A stretch of 63,079 nucleotides of DNA, counting the filler, from Reticulomyxa filosa (taxonomy: Eukaryota > Protista > Foraminifera), in assembly GCA_000512085.1 (NCBI GenBank). It is 18 parts of 18 records of this genome, joined end to end, with 100 filler letters (N's around TTAATTAATTAA, not from the genome) between each part and the next. Parts side by side here need not be neighbours in the genome. Positions count along the whole stretch, not along the records: positions 1 to 4,953 come from ASPP01006632.1; positions 5,054 to 13,648 come from ASPP01006416.1; 16 more parts are not named here. One strand, written 5' to 3'. A model generated the notes under the pieces. It saw nothing but the letters and a program-made list of their open reading frames with translations, was not told the origin of the DNA and made no database searches. The position numbers and the translations under genes are program-made. Shown here piece by piece: positions 1-10,905 of the stretch; position 1 is the first letter of the stretch, and every line of letters begins with the position of its first letter.

Positions 1-45
1 GGGTCTTTTTTTTTCAAAAAAAAAAAAAAAAAAAAAAAATTAAAG

Positions 46-1209
46 GCAAATTATTGGCCAGTGGGGGATTAGACAATATCTGTAGTGTGTGGAATGTCGA
101 AGAAGACGGTCTAATCAGCGGCATACAGCCAAGAGAGACACATAAACCACTTGCCAAACTAATAGGACACACGGGATACATCCCAAGAGCTGAATTTATG
201 GACGAAGCACAAATTATAACTTGCTCGGGAGATAGTCGCATCATTGCGTGGGATATTGAAAAGCAAAGCAAAGTGCGAACATTGAATGGACATTCTCGAG
301 ATGTGTGTAGCATTGGCTTGTGTCGCCAATTCTTTTCGGGTCGTTCCGTGCTCACGCATCAGCTGCTGTTATCCGGGTCCGTGGACAAACGATGCAACGT
401 GTGGGACATGCGAGATCATTGCAAGCAAGTCTACACCTATCACAATGAATCCAGTGTCAATGTCGTGTCGTGGTTTCCAAATGGACAATCCTTTGTCACC
501 GGTTCTGAGGATGGTTACAATCATTTGTTTCTTTGTTTGTGATATGTACAAACAAGTATTTGCGTACACTTTTTTTTGAGTTGAAAGAGACAACGTTTCA
601 TGGTCTCGTACGTAAAAAAAAAAAAGGGGTGATAAGACTGTACGATATGCGGATGCACTCCGTTGTAAACATGTATGATCCAAATAACTATCCGTTTTCG
701 TTAGAAACATGTGCGAATGCAGATCAAGATGTAAGAGGTAATTTTGCGAATTTAGGTATCTCAATAAAAAAAAAAAGTATTTGTCTCCTTTTTCTTTCTC
801 TTATCTCTTATTTTTTTTAAATAAAAGAATCAATGTGCCGTGTTTGCAAAACAAAGAAGGGGGACGCGACGAAATATCTCCGTCCGATCTGTCAACGATG
901 CCATCTCACGTCCTTGCAGTCGAAAGTGAACACTCGCACTTGTTGACCCGAGTCAGCGATAGTCTCTTGAAGCAACATGACAAACACGGCGAGGTGGCGG
1001 GCTTGTCTTTCAGTAAAAGCGGCGCGTTCATTTGCGCTGGATACAAAAACCACAAGCAGTGCATTTTGTGGAACACTTTGACTGGGAAACAACTTCATCA
1101 GCTCTCACTTCCGGACAGATTCGGTAGCATCAGCTTGTCTAGCGACGGCAAGCTGTTTGCTACCGCTTGCTACGACAACGATATTCGCTTGTGGTCCTCG
1201 ATTAGCTAA
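46..1209 (+). CDS. GNB: Heterotrimeric G-protein beta subunit-like WD40 protein (5'-partial, 3 exons visible: ~46-512, ~627-756, ~828-1209)
   Basis: Motifs GKLLASGGLDNICSVW, LIGHTGY, ITCSGDS, LLSGSVDK, WFPNGQSFVTGSEDG|VIRLYDMR, LSFSKSG, SSDGKLFATACYDNDIRLW follow the G-beta WD repeat order; GT-AG introns keep the frame at EDG|VIR. Confidence 0.88.
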
Positions 1210-1580
1210 TTCGCTTTTTGTTCATTTTGTCGTTGTGCAATTGCGTCTTTTTTGTTCTGTTGGTTGGAACTGATTTATGTTTGTCGACTACACTACTGAA
1301 GCTTTTTAAATATCTTTTCTTTTCTTATGTTTTGTTTTTCTTTTCCTTTCTTTCGTTTTTAGCAAGGGGTAACAACAAAAAAAGTCATCATATGTTTTAT
1401 TGCTATTGTAATTTTTTTTAGTAGTTGCTTTTTTGGTTGCTAGGGCTTTTGTTGTTGTGGGTGTCGTTTCCAAGTATTTGGGATTGTAACTGACGTTCGA
1501 GCTTTTTTACTAGCTTTTAGCAAACTTCATATTTTGTGTATGTTAGGTCGAACAAATGCTTTCTCTCTATCTATTCTGTT

Positions 1581-1745
1581 AACAGCTCTTGCAATCAAGT
1601 AGATGAGCCCTCCACTTAGCAAACTCTGTCTCAAAAATTGCTTTCCCCGTACGTCAGGCTTCCTCTTCCAATTTTTCTATTAAATTTGCAGGAAGCGCTC
1701 ACTTACATTTTAAAGCAACCTGGTCCTTTCGGCTGAAAAATGCTA
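1581..1745 (-). ncRNA. Candidate Sm-class snRNA-like structured RNA (unassigned)
   Basis: Minus strand has AATTTTTG (Sm-type site, 1639-1632), a GCTTCCT/AGGAAGC-closed stem upstream and a long hairpin downstream; the stretch is GC-richer than flanking intergenic DNA. Confidence 0.25.
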
Positions 1746-1969
1746 AACTTTTCATTTTTGCTTGTAATGCTCATATTGCACATTTATTTACGACAGCTAA
1801 TCACTTAATTGGAGATGTTGTAATTGTAATCTTTGTTTAATATTGCAGTCACTACTTTTTAAAATGAACACTATACCGACGAAGGTATCCAATGGTTAGT
1901 TTACCTTTACAACTGTCCCTGAAACACTACCCTTTTTTAAGGAAAGGACACTTTTAATAATCTAAAAAA

Positions 1970-2254
1970 ATGCCTTTACCTTTGAATCCAAAAAAATTAT
2001 CAGGCCTTCAAAAGCAAGTATTGTCACTATATCGCAATTTCTTGCGTGAAGCACGACGAAAAGCAGACTCTCCAAACTGTGCGTTAACAAGACAAGATTT
2101 GAACGTAGTAAACGCAAACATTCGAAGAGAATTTGAAAAGAATAGGACCATACACAGGACTGATTTCATGAAAATTGAGTTTTTAGTAAGGACAGGCGAA
2201 AAACAACTAAAAATGTTCAAAATGCATGCCGTAACTGGAATAAATAGCTTTTGA
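1970..2254 (+). CDS. SDHAF1: LYR-motif protein, succinate dehydrogenase assembly factor 1 (Sdh6)-like
   Basis: LSGLQKQVLSLYR...IRREFEKN..I.RTDFMKIEFLVRTGEKQL matches the SDHAF1/Sdh6 pattern; intact 94-aa ATG ORF. Confidence 0.82.
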   Translation: MPLPLNPKKLSGLQKQVLSLYRNFLREARRKADSPNCALTRQDLNVVNANIRREFEKNRTIHRTDFMKIEFLVRTGEKQLKMFKMHAVTGINSF

Positions 2255-3429
2255 TAAACGAGCCAAGTAATCGAGCAATGCTGTCAAAAATTCCTTTTCA
2301 GTTTTTTTTTAGCCTCCTTTTTCCTATCTGTCGGGGTGAACGATCTTGCCCCCAGTATGAAATTTTTTATCACGAGGTGACATCAAAAAGTTCATTTTTG
2401 AGAAGACAATCATACCACTTCTTTTTTGAAAACGTGAGATTAACTATGCAAAAATGCTGTTGACGAACAACTGCGGTTTTTTTCTTGTTTTGTGACGTAC
2501 CGATGAAAAAATAAAATGCAAAAAAAATGCAGTGTTCTTTTTTGCATCAGCCAAAGATAAATGAGCATAAATCTCGACGCAAACGAGATTTGTTCTGTTG
2601 AGACATAAAGTTGGAGTCAGATTGAAAAGAGGAGACAATTTACATGCACTATTTCCACAATTGTGGTGAGTCTGTTGTTTTTCAAGCCGACAACAACGTT
2701 GCTCCGAAAAAAAGTACCATTCAACATAAAAAAACAGTCTCAAAAAAACCAAAACAATTTACAAAACAAAGTATGACAGCAAAAAAGAGAATGGGGAAAA
2801 AAGACAAAGAACGGCAACAACAAAAGAGAGAAACACGTTTCAAAAAGAAAGAGACCAAAGTCAATAAAGACAAAAGAAAAGCAAAAGAGCGAACAACAGA
2901 CACAAACGAACAAGTTAAAAAACGTAAGTGACGGAGAGGAATGAGACACAAAAATGTAGATCACAAGAAAGGAAAGAAAAAAAATCTCGTCAATAGTGTC
3001 ATAGCATCACCATAACAAACACAACCCAAAAAAAAAAAAAAAAAAACAAAATTTTCAACATATTCATTTCAATTGAATTTTGTGTTGACTCACTCGATTT
3101 GGTTTGGTTTGCTTATATTTGTTGTTGTTAGTATTTTTGCTTTTGTTTTTGTCATGCTTTTTTTTTTTACACTTGTTTTGTTTTGTTTTTGTTTTTGGAA
3201 TGACAAAGAAAAAAAAGTAAAGTTGAAAAAACACATAAGAGAAAAAAGGACAAAGAGAAAAACAAAAAAAAGTTGGGGGGGGTCAAGAATTAACTTTGGA
3301 GTAATTAAAAGTAAAAAAAACGGAAAAAAAAAAGATTCGTTTTGTTCGTAGATAAGACACGTTGAATATAATGTCAAAAAGCGTGTGTGTGTGTGTGTGA
3401 AATGAAAGAGTGAATTCGCGAAAGGGAAT

Positions 3430-4856
3430 TTAGTTTTTTTGTGGCGAGCTCTTTGTCGGTTGAACGAGTTGTCGTTCCTCTGCAATTTCTTGGACACGCG
3501 ATAGCACATATTGTTGGTCCGCGTTGACGGAAGACGCTGTCGAAGTCGAGCCTTTGGCAGTTGCTTTCACATCGCCATTGGTGTTGGCGGACAATGTGCT
3601 GTTTGCGAACGACCCCGATCCGCCAGTCGTGTCTTTGTTGGATTGAATTCCAAATTGTTCCCAGTACTCTTTGGGCAAAATCGTATGTAGGACTTTACGC
3701 TTTGATGCGACTTCGATTTCATCTTGTGTGAAGTTGAACAAATTCGGACCCTTTTTGCAGCCTGGAATTTCTTTTTTTTTTTTTTTTGTTACTTCTTTTG
3801 CATATTGTATGTTTTTTTTTTTTTTAAAAAAAAAACAAACTCAAGGTCAGGAGATCTCAGTTCGTCAAAGTAAGGATGGGCCAAAGCGTCAAAGGCAGTC
3901 AGTCTTTCGGACGGCGTAAAGATCAAAAACTTGGACAACAGGTCAATGGCGTCGTTGGGGACGACCTGGCTGTCATATGTGATGCCTTCAAACACCGCGC
4001 TCCACGACAATGGCTTCACTGTCGGGAAATTGGAATACGTGTAATTGGGATTCATCGCGGCGATTTCGCGACGTGTTGGAGTGCCCAGCACTTTGATGAT
4101 TTCGACCAATTGGTCGACACTTCGTTCGCCTTGGAACAGCGGCGTTGTCAAAAACAACTCGCTAATTACACATCCCACTGACCACACATCTATTTTTTTA
4201 ATGACAGACATACTCCTTTTTGTTTAATACAACGTCTTGTCTCAACACATTTGTACAAAGGTCGTACAAAGTACCGATTGACGTCTGATAAGACGACGAC
4301 TCGAATATCAATTCCGGCGCTCGGTAATATCGACTGCAAATATACGCAACGTTGGGCTCTCCTGGTTTCAAGTTTTTCGCACTTTATTTATTTATTTCAA
4401 AAAGAAACACAAAACAAATACGCTTCATCGACATTTCTCGTCTTTGAGATTATCATAAGGAACAAGGGACAAGGGACAATCAAACCTGCCAAAGTCGCAT
4501 AGTTTGACGGTATGTGTGTCGGGGTCCAACAACAGGTTTTGTGGTTTAATGTCGCGATGACAGATCCCTTGTTGGTGGCAATATGCCAACGCTCGACAAA
4601 TTTGATACGAATACAACTTTTTTTCAATTACAAAAAAAAAAAATTTTGTTGAGAGGACACACGTGGGACGTATAGTTCAAATGAATCGTATTATATGTCA
4701 GAGCAAAACAATGTCTTTTATGTTTGCTTGTCACTCAAAACTTTCGTTAAAATGAATGGAATGGTTTGTCCTGCTTTTGCATGATTCCGAATTGTTACAT
4801 ACAATGTTTCGGGAATGTATTCCATTACCAAGTTCAGATAGATTTCTCGATTTACC
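3430..4856 (-). CDS. GSK3: Glycogen synthase kinase 3/shaggy-like kinase (5'-partial, at least 5 exons)
   Basis: Exons encode [30 protein letters not shown]|[55 protein letters not shown] and LFNF. The last junction (~3762-3840) does not phase cleanly, which suggests a 1-nt assembly indel. Confidence 0.95.
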
Positions 4857-4953
4857 TTTTTTTGCGACATTATCCCCGTGAGGCCCCCCCCAAAAACAAA
4901 AAAAAAAATGTAATCACTTTCCTTTTGTACGAGGAAACATATATATAATATAT

Positions 4954-5053
4954 NNNNNNNNNNNNNNNNNNNNNNNNNNNNNNNNNNNNNNNNNNNNTTA
5001 ATTAATTAANNNNNNNNNNNNNNNNNNNNNNNNNNNNNNNNNNNNNNNNNNNN
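4954..5053. other. Artificial contig spacer N44-TTAATTAATTAA-N44 (first of 17; others start at 13649, 16157, 18602, 20893, 23572, 25179, 29280, 30516, 32566, 38691, 43113, 44294, 45950, 51347, 52932, 61980)
   Basis: Identical 100-nt blocks with a six-frame-stop linker; composition changes abruptly across them. Confidence 0.99.
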
Positions 5054-7096
5054 CATTCTTATCATTATTATTGTTATCTCCTTCTTCTTTTTCCTTTTTA
5101 TTAGTCGCACGATTATTGCTTGAGTCTTTCTTTTTAGAATCGCTACTTTGCAACACTAATGGCAGATCGGCCATTATGGACACCGCCTCTTTTCCGTTCG
5201 AGTCTATTGTTGCTATTCGCGAGTTAATTTCATCAAGTGTGTTTAACACGAGTTTCATCACTCCTCGATACACACTCATTTGTTTCTCGTCCTATGTAGT
5301 TTTATTTCTTTGGTTTTTCTCTTTTGAGTTTATACATGTGTTTTTTTTTTAATTTGAAGTATGAGAAGAGGGATAAAAAATTGGCAAATCAAGTTTATTC
5401 ATAGACGTGTTCCCAACACACAGCAAAGTACTCACCTTTCGAGCACATGGCTGTTTGGATTTAACACTTTGATTGACATCACAGCTTTTCGTCTCTTTCC
5501 GTGCGTCTTGTAATCCTTTTTCACTCGCCACATTCATGCATGTTTCATCTATCTCTTTTTTTTGTTTATTTGTGTATGTTAATTTCAACATTGTTCATAA
5601 ACAAACAAATAAACCAATAAAATCAATTCAATCCAATCTACAGCTCACAACGTAGACATAATATATCACTCACTCTCTTCCTTGCTGGTGTCATTGCAGT
5701 CAATGTCAGCTGAACACGATACAATATTGTCCTTGCGTTCAATGATAGCCGCATGTGATTGTTTCAAAGACAACGGCGACTTGACAGCAAGCTCTCCGTC
5801 TTTACCGTTCGACCCTTTTCCGTGCTGTTTTTGGGTGGAGCCTTTGCCACCGACGGGCGCTTTTTGAAGTGAGTTGGACTTTGTTTCGCTACGCTTTTGT
5901 AGTGTCATCACACGTTTGTTGAGACATTTGTCTTGTACAGGTGTGGCCACACGCCTAACCTCTCTGTTCTTATTACTCTGATCACTCTCTGTCGCTTTCA
6001 CTTTGTTTTGCGTTGGTATTTTCATGTGTCCATTCATTGGAGATGACTTCACTTGTGCTCGACATCCATCATTCCTTTTCGTGCTTGCATTTGCGACCTT
6101 TGGCTTCGATATTGATGTCGATGTTGGTATCGAAGTTGGAGTTGATGTTGGCTTTAGCTTTGGCTTTGCATTTGAATTTGAATTTGATTTCGAGGCTGAT
6201 AATAAGCTTTTCTCATTGTTATGCAACAACGGCTTCAAACGACCTTTTTGACCTGCAAAAGAAGATGCTTGCGCCAAACTTGTGGATTGTAAGCCATCTG
6301 ACCCCCTTTTTTTTTTTTTTTTTTTTGGGAGAAAAAGAAAAAATTGGAAACGCTAACATATAATAATTATAAACGGCAACAACAACAACAATTCTTTCCT
6401 CCTCTCCTCTTGTAAATTACACATTGTTGTTGTGGACCGTTCCTAATTTTGTATATCTCCGAACTTTTTTAGGTTGATTGTTTTTGCATTGGCAGCAAAA
6501 CTTGTTAAATTGTTGATGTGAAGAAATCTGATTTTTTTTACCAGTGCTGCGATTCCCAATTGCAGAATTATTTTCTTGATTAATTGTGTTTTCTTTGATA
6601 ATATGCTCATTTTGCTTCATTCGCTATTTTTTTTTTTTTTTTGTAATAAAAAAATATATTATATACATACATGTAATATACATACGTATACATTTTTCTT
6701 TCATACTTTTTGAACACATTGTTGTTTTTGGGGGGATAACGATTCGATTACAAATGTATGATTGCCAATGGCAATTCTGTCTTTATTCGCAATTGTCACT
6801 TTCTCTCCTGCTTTTAGCACGTTCTTATTTTTTCGTAACTCTCCATTTTCGGATATGTTCCAGATCCACATTTCTTCGGTGTTATGGTCCATCCACAATT
6901 TCATGTGCGCACTGCAAATATTGTCTCCTTCAACCACAATGTCACTTTGTGAGCTGTTGCTCCCAAAGATATATTGCTCTTTCTCCAAGAGCAGCTTCTC
7001 CCCTACACTTCCATCACTTTTCAGTGCTGTCAAACATCCATGGCAGATCTTATGAGTTGAATAATCCTCTCCTATCTCATTTCTCACAGTGATCAT
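5054..7096 (-). CDS. N-terminal FHA-domain protein with long basic low-complexity tail (multi-exon, 3'-partial)
   Basis: Exon 1 LTALKSDGSVGEKLLL..QYIFGS..SDIVV..ICSAHMKL..WNISENG..DRIAIGNHTF fits the FHA fold pattern; K/S/T/P-rich ORFs at 6277-5666, 5591-5349 and 5279-5054 follow on the same strand. Confidence 0.68.
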
Positions 7097-7454
7097 ACTT
7101 TATTTTGTTACTTGTTTTTTTTTGCTAAAAGGAACGAAAGAAAACTACTGTTTGAAAATTGAAATTGCGTTGTTTCGTGGACGTACTACGAAAGTGAAAG
7201 AAAGTAAATATTGTTGCGTGTGGAAGAAATTGAACAAATTCGAAGTTTGATATGAAAAGACACAAACAAATAGTTCATTGACATTAATAACAGCACAAAG
7301 TGAATTGGCGAGGTTTGTAAAGAGCTGTTCTTTTTTTTTTTGCACAGAAACTGTCACACTTTTGAAAAGGAACGACAAACAATACAATTGTACTTGATGA
7401 GATTTCATCTAACAGAAATGAGTTATATAACTTCTTATTTCCCTCTCTTCGCTG

Positions 7455-9319
7455 TTAAGAAGCCTCTTCTTCTGTCTCGTCGGCCTATACAAGGAAAGCA
7501 AACCACGAACATAAAGAATATATGTACAAAAAAAAAAAAGAAAGAAATGGAAATAACTTCTGTTTCTTCGATAATGTTAGCAATAACTCGAGGGGACGAT
7601 AATTCACGTGAAGGCTGTCTGACCAGAGTTTCTGATCCCAAAGTGGTCATTTTCTCAAATTCTGTTTTTTTCTTTTTGCGGCTGAACAATGCATTATTCG
7701 ATAATTGTGGAGTTAAAAAGCGCAACAACACGGACAACAATTGTTCATCTTCTTTTGTGAACACTCCTTTCTCATCCATTTTATTTATCAGCTATTTTTT
7801 TTTCCCGAAAAAATAAAAAGAAAAGCATATGTTAATATGTATATATTTATATTTATATGGGATGTATTTTGACAGGGTAAAACATCCACATATGAGAATA
7901 TCTCATACCAGACCTGTACGACAGCGATAGGTTTTTTATCGACGTCTTTTTCTTCTTCTCGAAATTTGCTTTCAGGCCAAACAGCCATGACAAGCATTGA
8001 TTTGGTGCGATAGCCAGATTTTTTGTCCCATGTTTGGTCAAAGCGATCATCCAAATACGCGTCATCAATATTTTGCGTTTTGCCAGTTGTTGCCACGTAC
8101 CCTGCAATTCCTTTATTCAATGGCAACACAATATCAATAGAAGCATCTGCAGATGCAATATTCATTGACTGCGACTTTTGATCCACTATGTACACTGTAC
8201 AACGATCGTTGTCTATCAGTTCACGCGTTGCTTTATTTAGATTAAATAATATCGACGCAACTGTCGGCGACACATTCATGCTCTAAAAAAAAAAAAAATC
8301 ATACACAAACAACATTGTATGTTTCATTGTCATTTTAGCAAATTTATTATTATTATTATTATTATTATTTTCATTTCATCCTCCCTCCTTCTCTTGCTCC
8401 CCCTTTTCAATAAAAAACAACAAAATAACCAACACTAATATATTGCATCAAGGCATTCTTTTGATCAACGGCTCGCCGTGCTTCTTCTTGCTTTTGGGCA
8501 AAACGCAACGCCACACCAACTTGCAACGCAATCGACAGCAAGAGCTGCTCATCGATCTCATCAAAGGGGGTGTCGTTCTTTTTTATTTATTGCTTGCAAC
8601 ACGCCCACTATGCTTTTGTCTTGGTTGTCTCTTACGGGTACACACAATATTTGTTTCGTACGATACCCCGATTTCTTGTCAAAATCTGGATTAAATCTTG
8701 GGTCTTTCATTATATTTCAAACAACAACAACAACAATGATACCATATTATAACGGTAACACAATTTTTTTCTTCTTCGCCCCTTATTCAGTGCTCCCACA
8801 CATATACTGTATCAAAATAATAACAAAAAAAAAAATACGTATAATTACTAGTGAATACAATCATTAAAAAAAAAAACCTTTGTAAGCATCCGGGATGTTA
8901 ACAATATTTCCTGTGGTTGCACAATCTCCTGCAAAACCAGTTGTTTTTGGCAATCGGATGTTGTTTGCGCCTTTAGCAATCTGTTTTGTTTGGGGTTATG
9001 TTATGATTGTTGTCAAGGTGACCAACGTTCAAAGAGGAATAGTTAGTCACATACACAAAAACGTAACAACAAGATCTAAAAAATTTCCGTCGACGAAAAA
9101 GAAAGATGTTCGATCACAAGATAATACTTTACATGTTTCATCAATGACTGTCATTGCTACATCCGTTGCTTCTGCTTGGGATGCTATCAACGAAACTTCG
9201 TTTAGAAACAGTCTAAATTTTTCAAGCTTTCCACACCAAAAAAAATTACAACTGTTGACGCCTTCAAAGTGACATAAAAAAATCATTACACTAATTTGTT
9301 GGTTCTCTCTTTGAGTCAT
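7455..9319 (-). CDS. Tandem GAF-domain protein (cNMP-binding PDE/cyclase-type GAFs), ~7 exons
   Basis: GAF-A: LSCDRTSFF, GFAGDCATTG.IVNIPDAY, DKKSGYRTKQILCVPV, INK..PFDEIDE. GAF-B: DRCTVY, GIAGYVATTG..NIDDAY.D.RF..DKKSGYRTKSML, INK..VFTKEDE. The last exon reads ADETEEEAS*. Confidence 0.88.
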
Positions 9320-10905
9320 TCTTTCTACTGAAAATAATTTTCTGACTTATCAACAATTGCAATCTTTTTTCAAAAATTTTGTTTACTGCAGTTCAAACTT
9401 TTTTGGACACACAGAGAAAGACCCAAATGCATTCATTCATATCAAAATCATACCAATAATAATGAAATTGTGCATATTTTAAAAATCTTTTGAAAATTTG
9501 ATTAGCAAGAAATAAAAGTTTGGAAAATGAGCTATGTCAACTTGTGCTTTCGGTTCAATAAGATTTTCTTTAAACAAAAGAATATATTGTTTAAATTACA
9601 GTTATTACAAGAATTTATAATTACAACATTATGTAGGGCAATACCATACAAATTGTTGAACTTTTTGTTCATAAAACTTTCCCTTTTTGCATGTATCAAA
9701 AGTTTTCTTGCGTTTGTGGGTTATTTTACTGTTTAGTTTGTAGTTCAAGTTACCAATATAGATGGCTGAGCTATGATCTTTTGGTTCGACCGCGCAAACA
9801 ACGTTGGCACACAACTGAGTTAATTGTCACTGTTTAAGTCCGCAGCGCCTTCAAACTCAAATTGAGCGAACAATATTTTCGCAAGTAAATACAGTGTTGC
9901 TTCGTCTAATTTTTTTATTTTTCATAATAAAAAAATAGTATTTAGATTATTTTAAAGATTTCAAACAATTTGTAATCAAGATTATTGTAAAAAGATAATT
10001 AGAACGATTTAAAGTATTGCGACATTCGTTAGAAGTCAATAAATGTTTAAAGAATCGATCGATAAATCTTTTATTTATATTATTGTTGATTAATCAATTC
10101 AAAGTTAAATTTGACATATTATTTACTCAATAATAAACATTGCGATCATTTGTGACTAAAAACTTAACTTCATTTGAAACGTATAAATCTAAATTAAATA
10201 CATTGTAAAGTGTAAGATCATACAGAATTGAATATTAGAAGCACTTACAAATATTTGAAAACTTCCAAGAATGATTTTAGTATAAATTATTACTATTAAT
10301 GTAAATCGAATTTGTGAATTTTGCGGTGATTGATTGGAAGCAATAAGTAAGTATGCATTAACTAATGGAAACGAATCATTTGAAACTTTATTTAATATTA
10401 TTGTGGAATCAAATGCTTTGCTGTCTTTTGAAGTTAATAAAATAAAATCTAGCTTATCCAAACAATATGGACAAGTGCAGAAAAATACAGTCAAAGTCAA
10501 TGAAGCAAGAATAAATGCAAATAATGCACTTTATCAATCCAAATTTAACACGATGATTTGAACTTCAACCGAATTAAAGATAATTAAAATTATTTTGGAC
10601 ATTTACTTGTTCAATTATAATTATCTTTGAATAAATAAATAAATATGGGATTTGTTGTCTTTGTTCATCTTCAAATTTTTTTTGACAGATTTTATTATTG
10701 TCAATAAATTGACAAAAAAAAAATTCATACAGCCATATCTAATATTAATATATTTTAATCTATCACGAACCAATTTTATTTTTTTTTAGTATCCTTTATT
10801 GGGCAAAAAAACACAGTATAAGGAAAAAATCATTGTTTGAAAGTCGATAGCAAAGGTGCTATATTTGGGTGAAGAATAAAAAAAACTTGGATGTAATTGG
10901 CGAAC

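Noticed and set aside
2444-3509. K/R-rich and F-rich ORFs on both strands
   Set aside because: Low-complexity A/T-run sequence in the GSK3 3' region; no domain signal.
10189-10561. Short ORFs in AT-rich intergenic DNA
   Set aside because: No ATG context or motif; may be a relic but cannot be supported.
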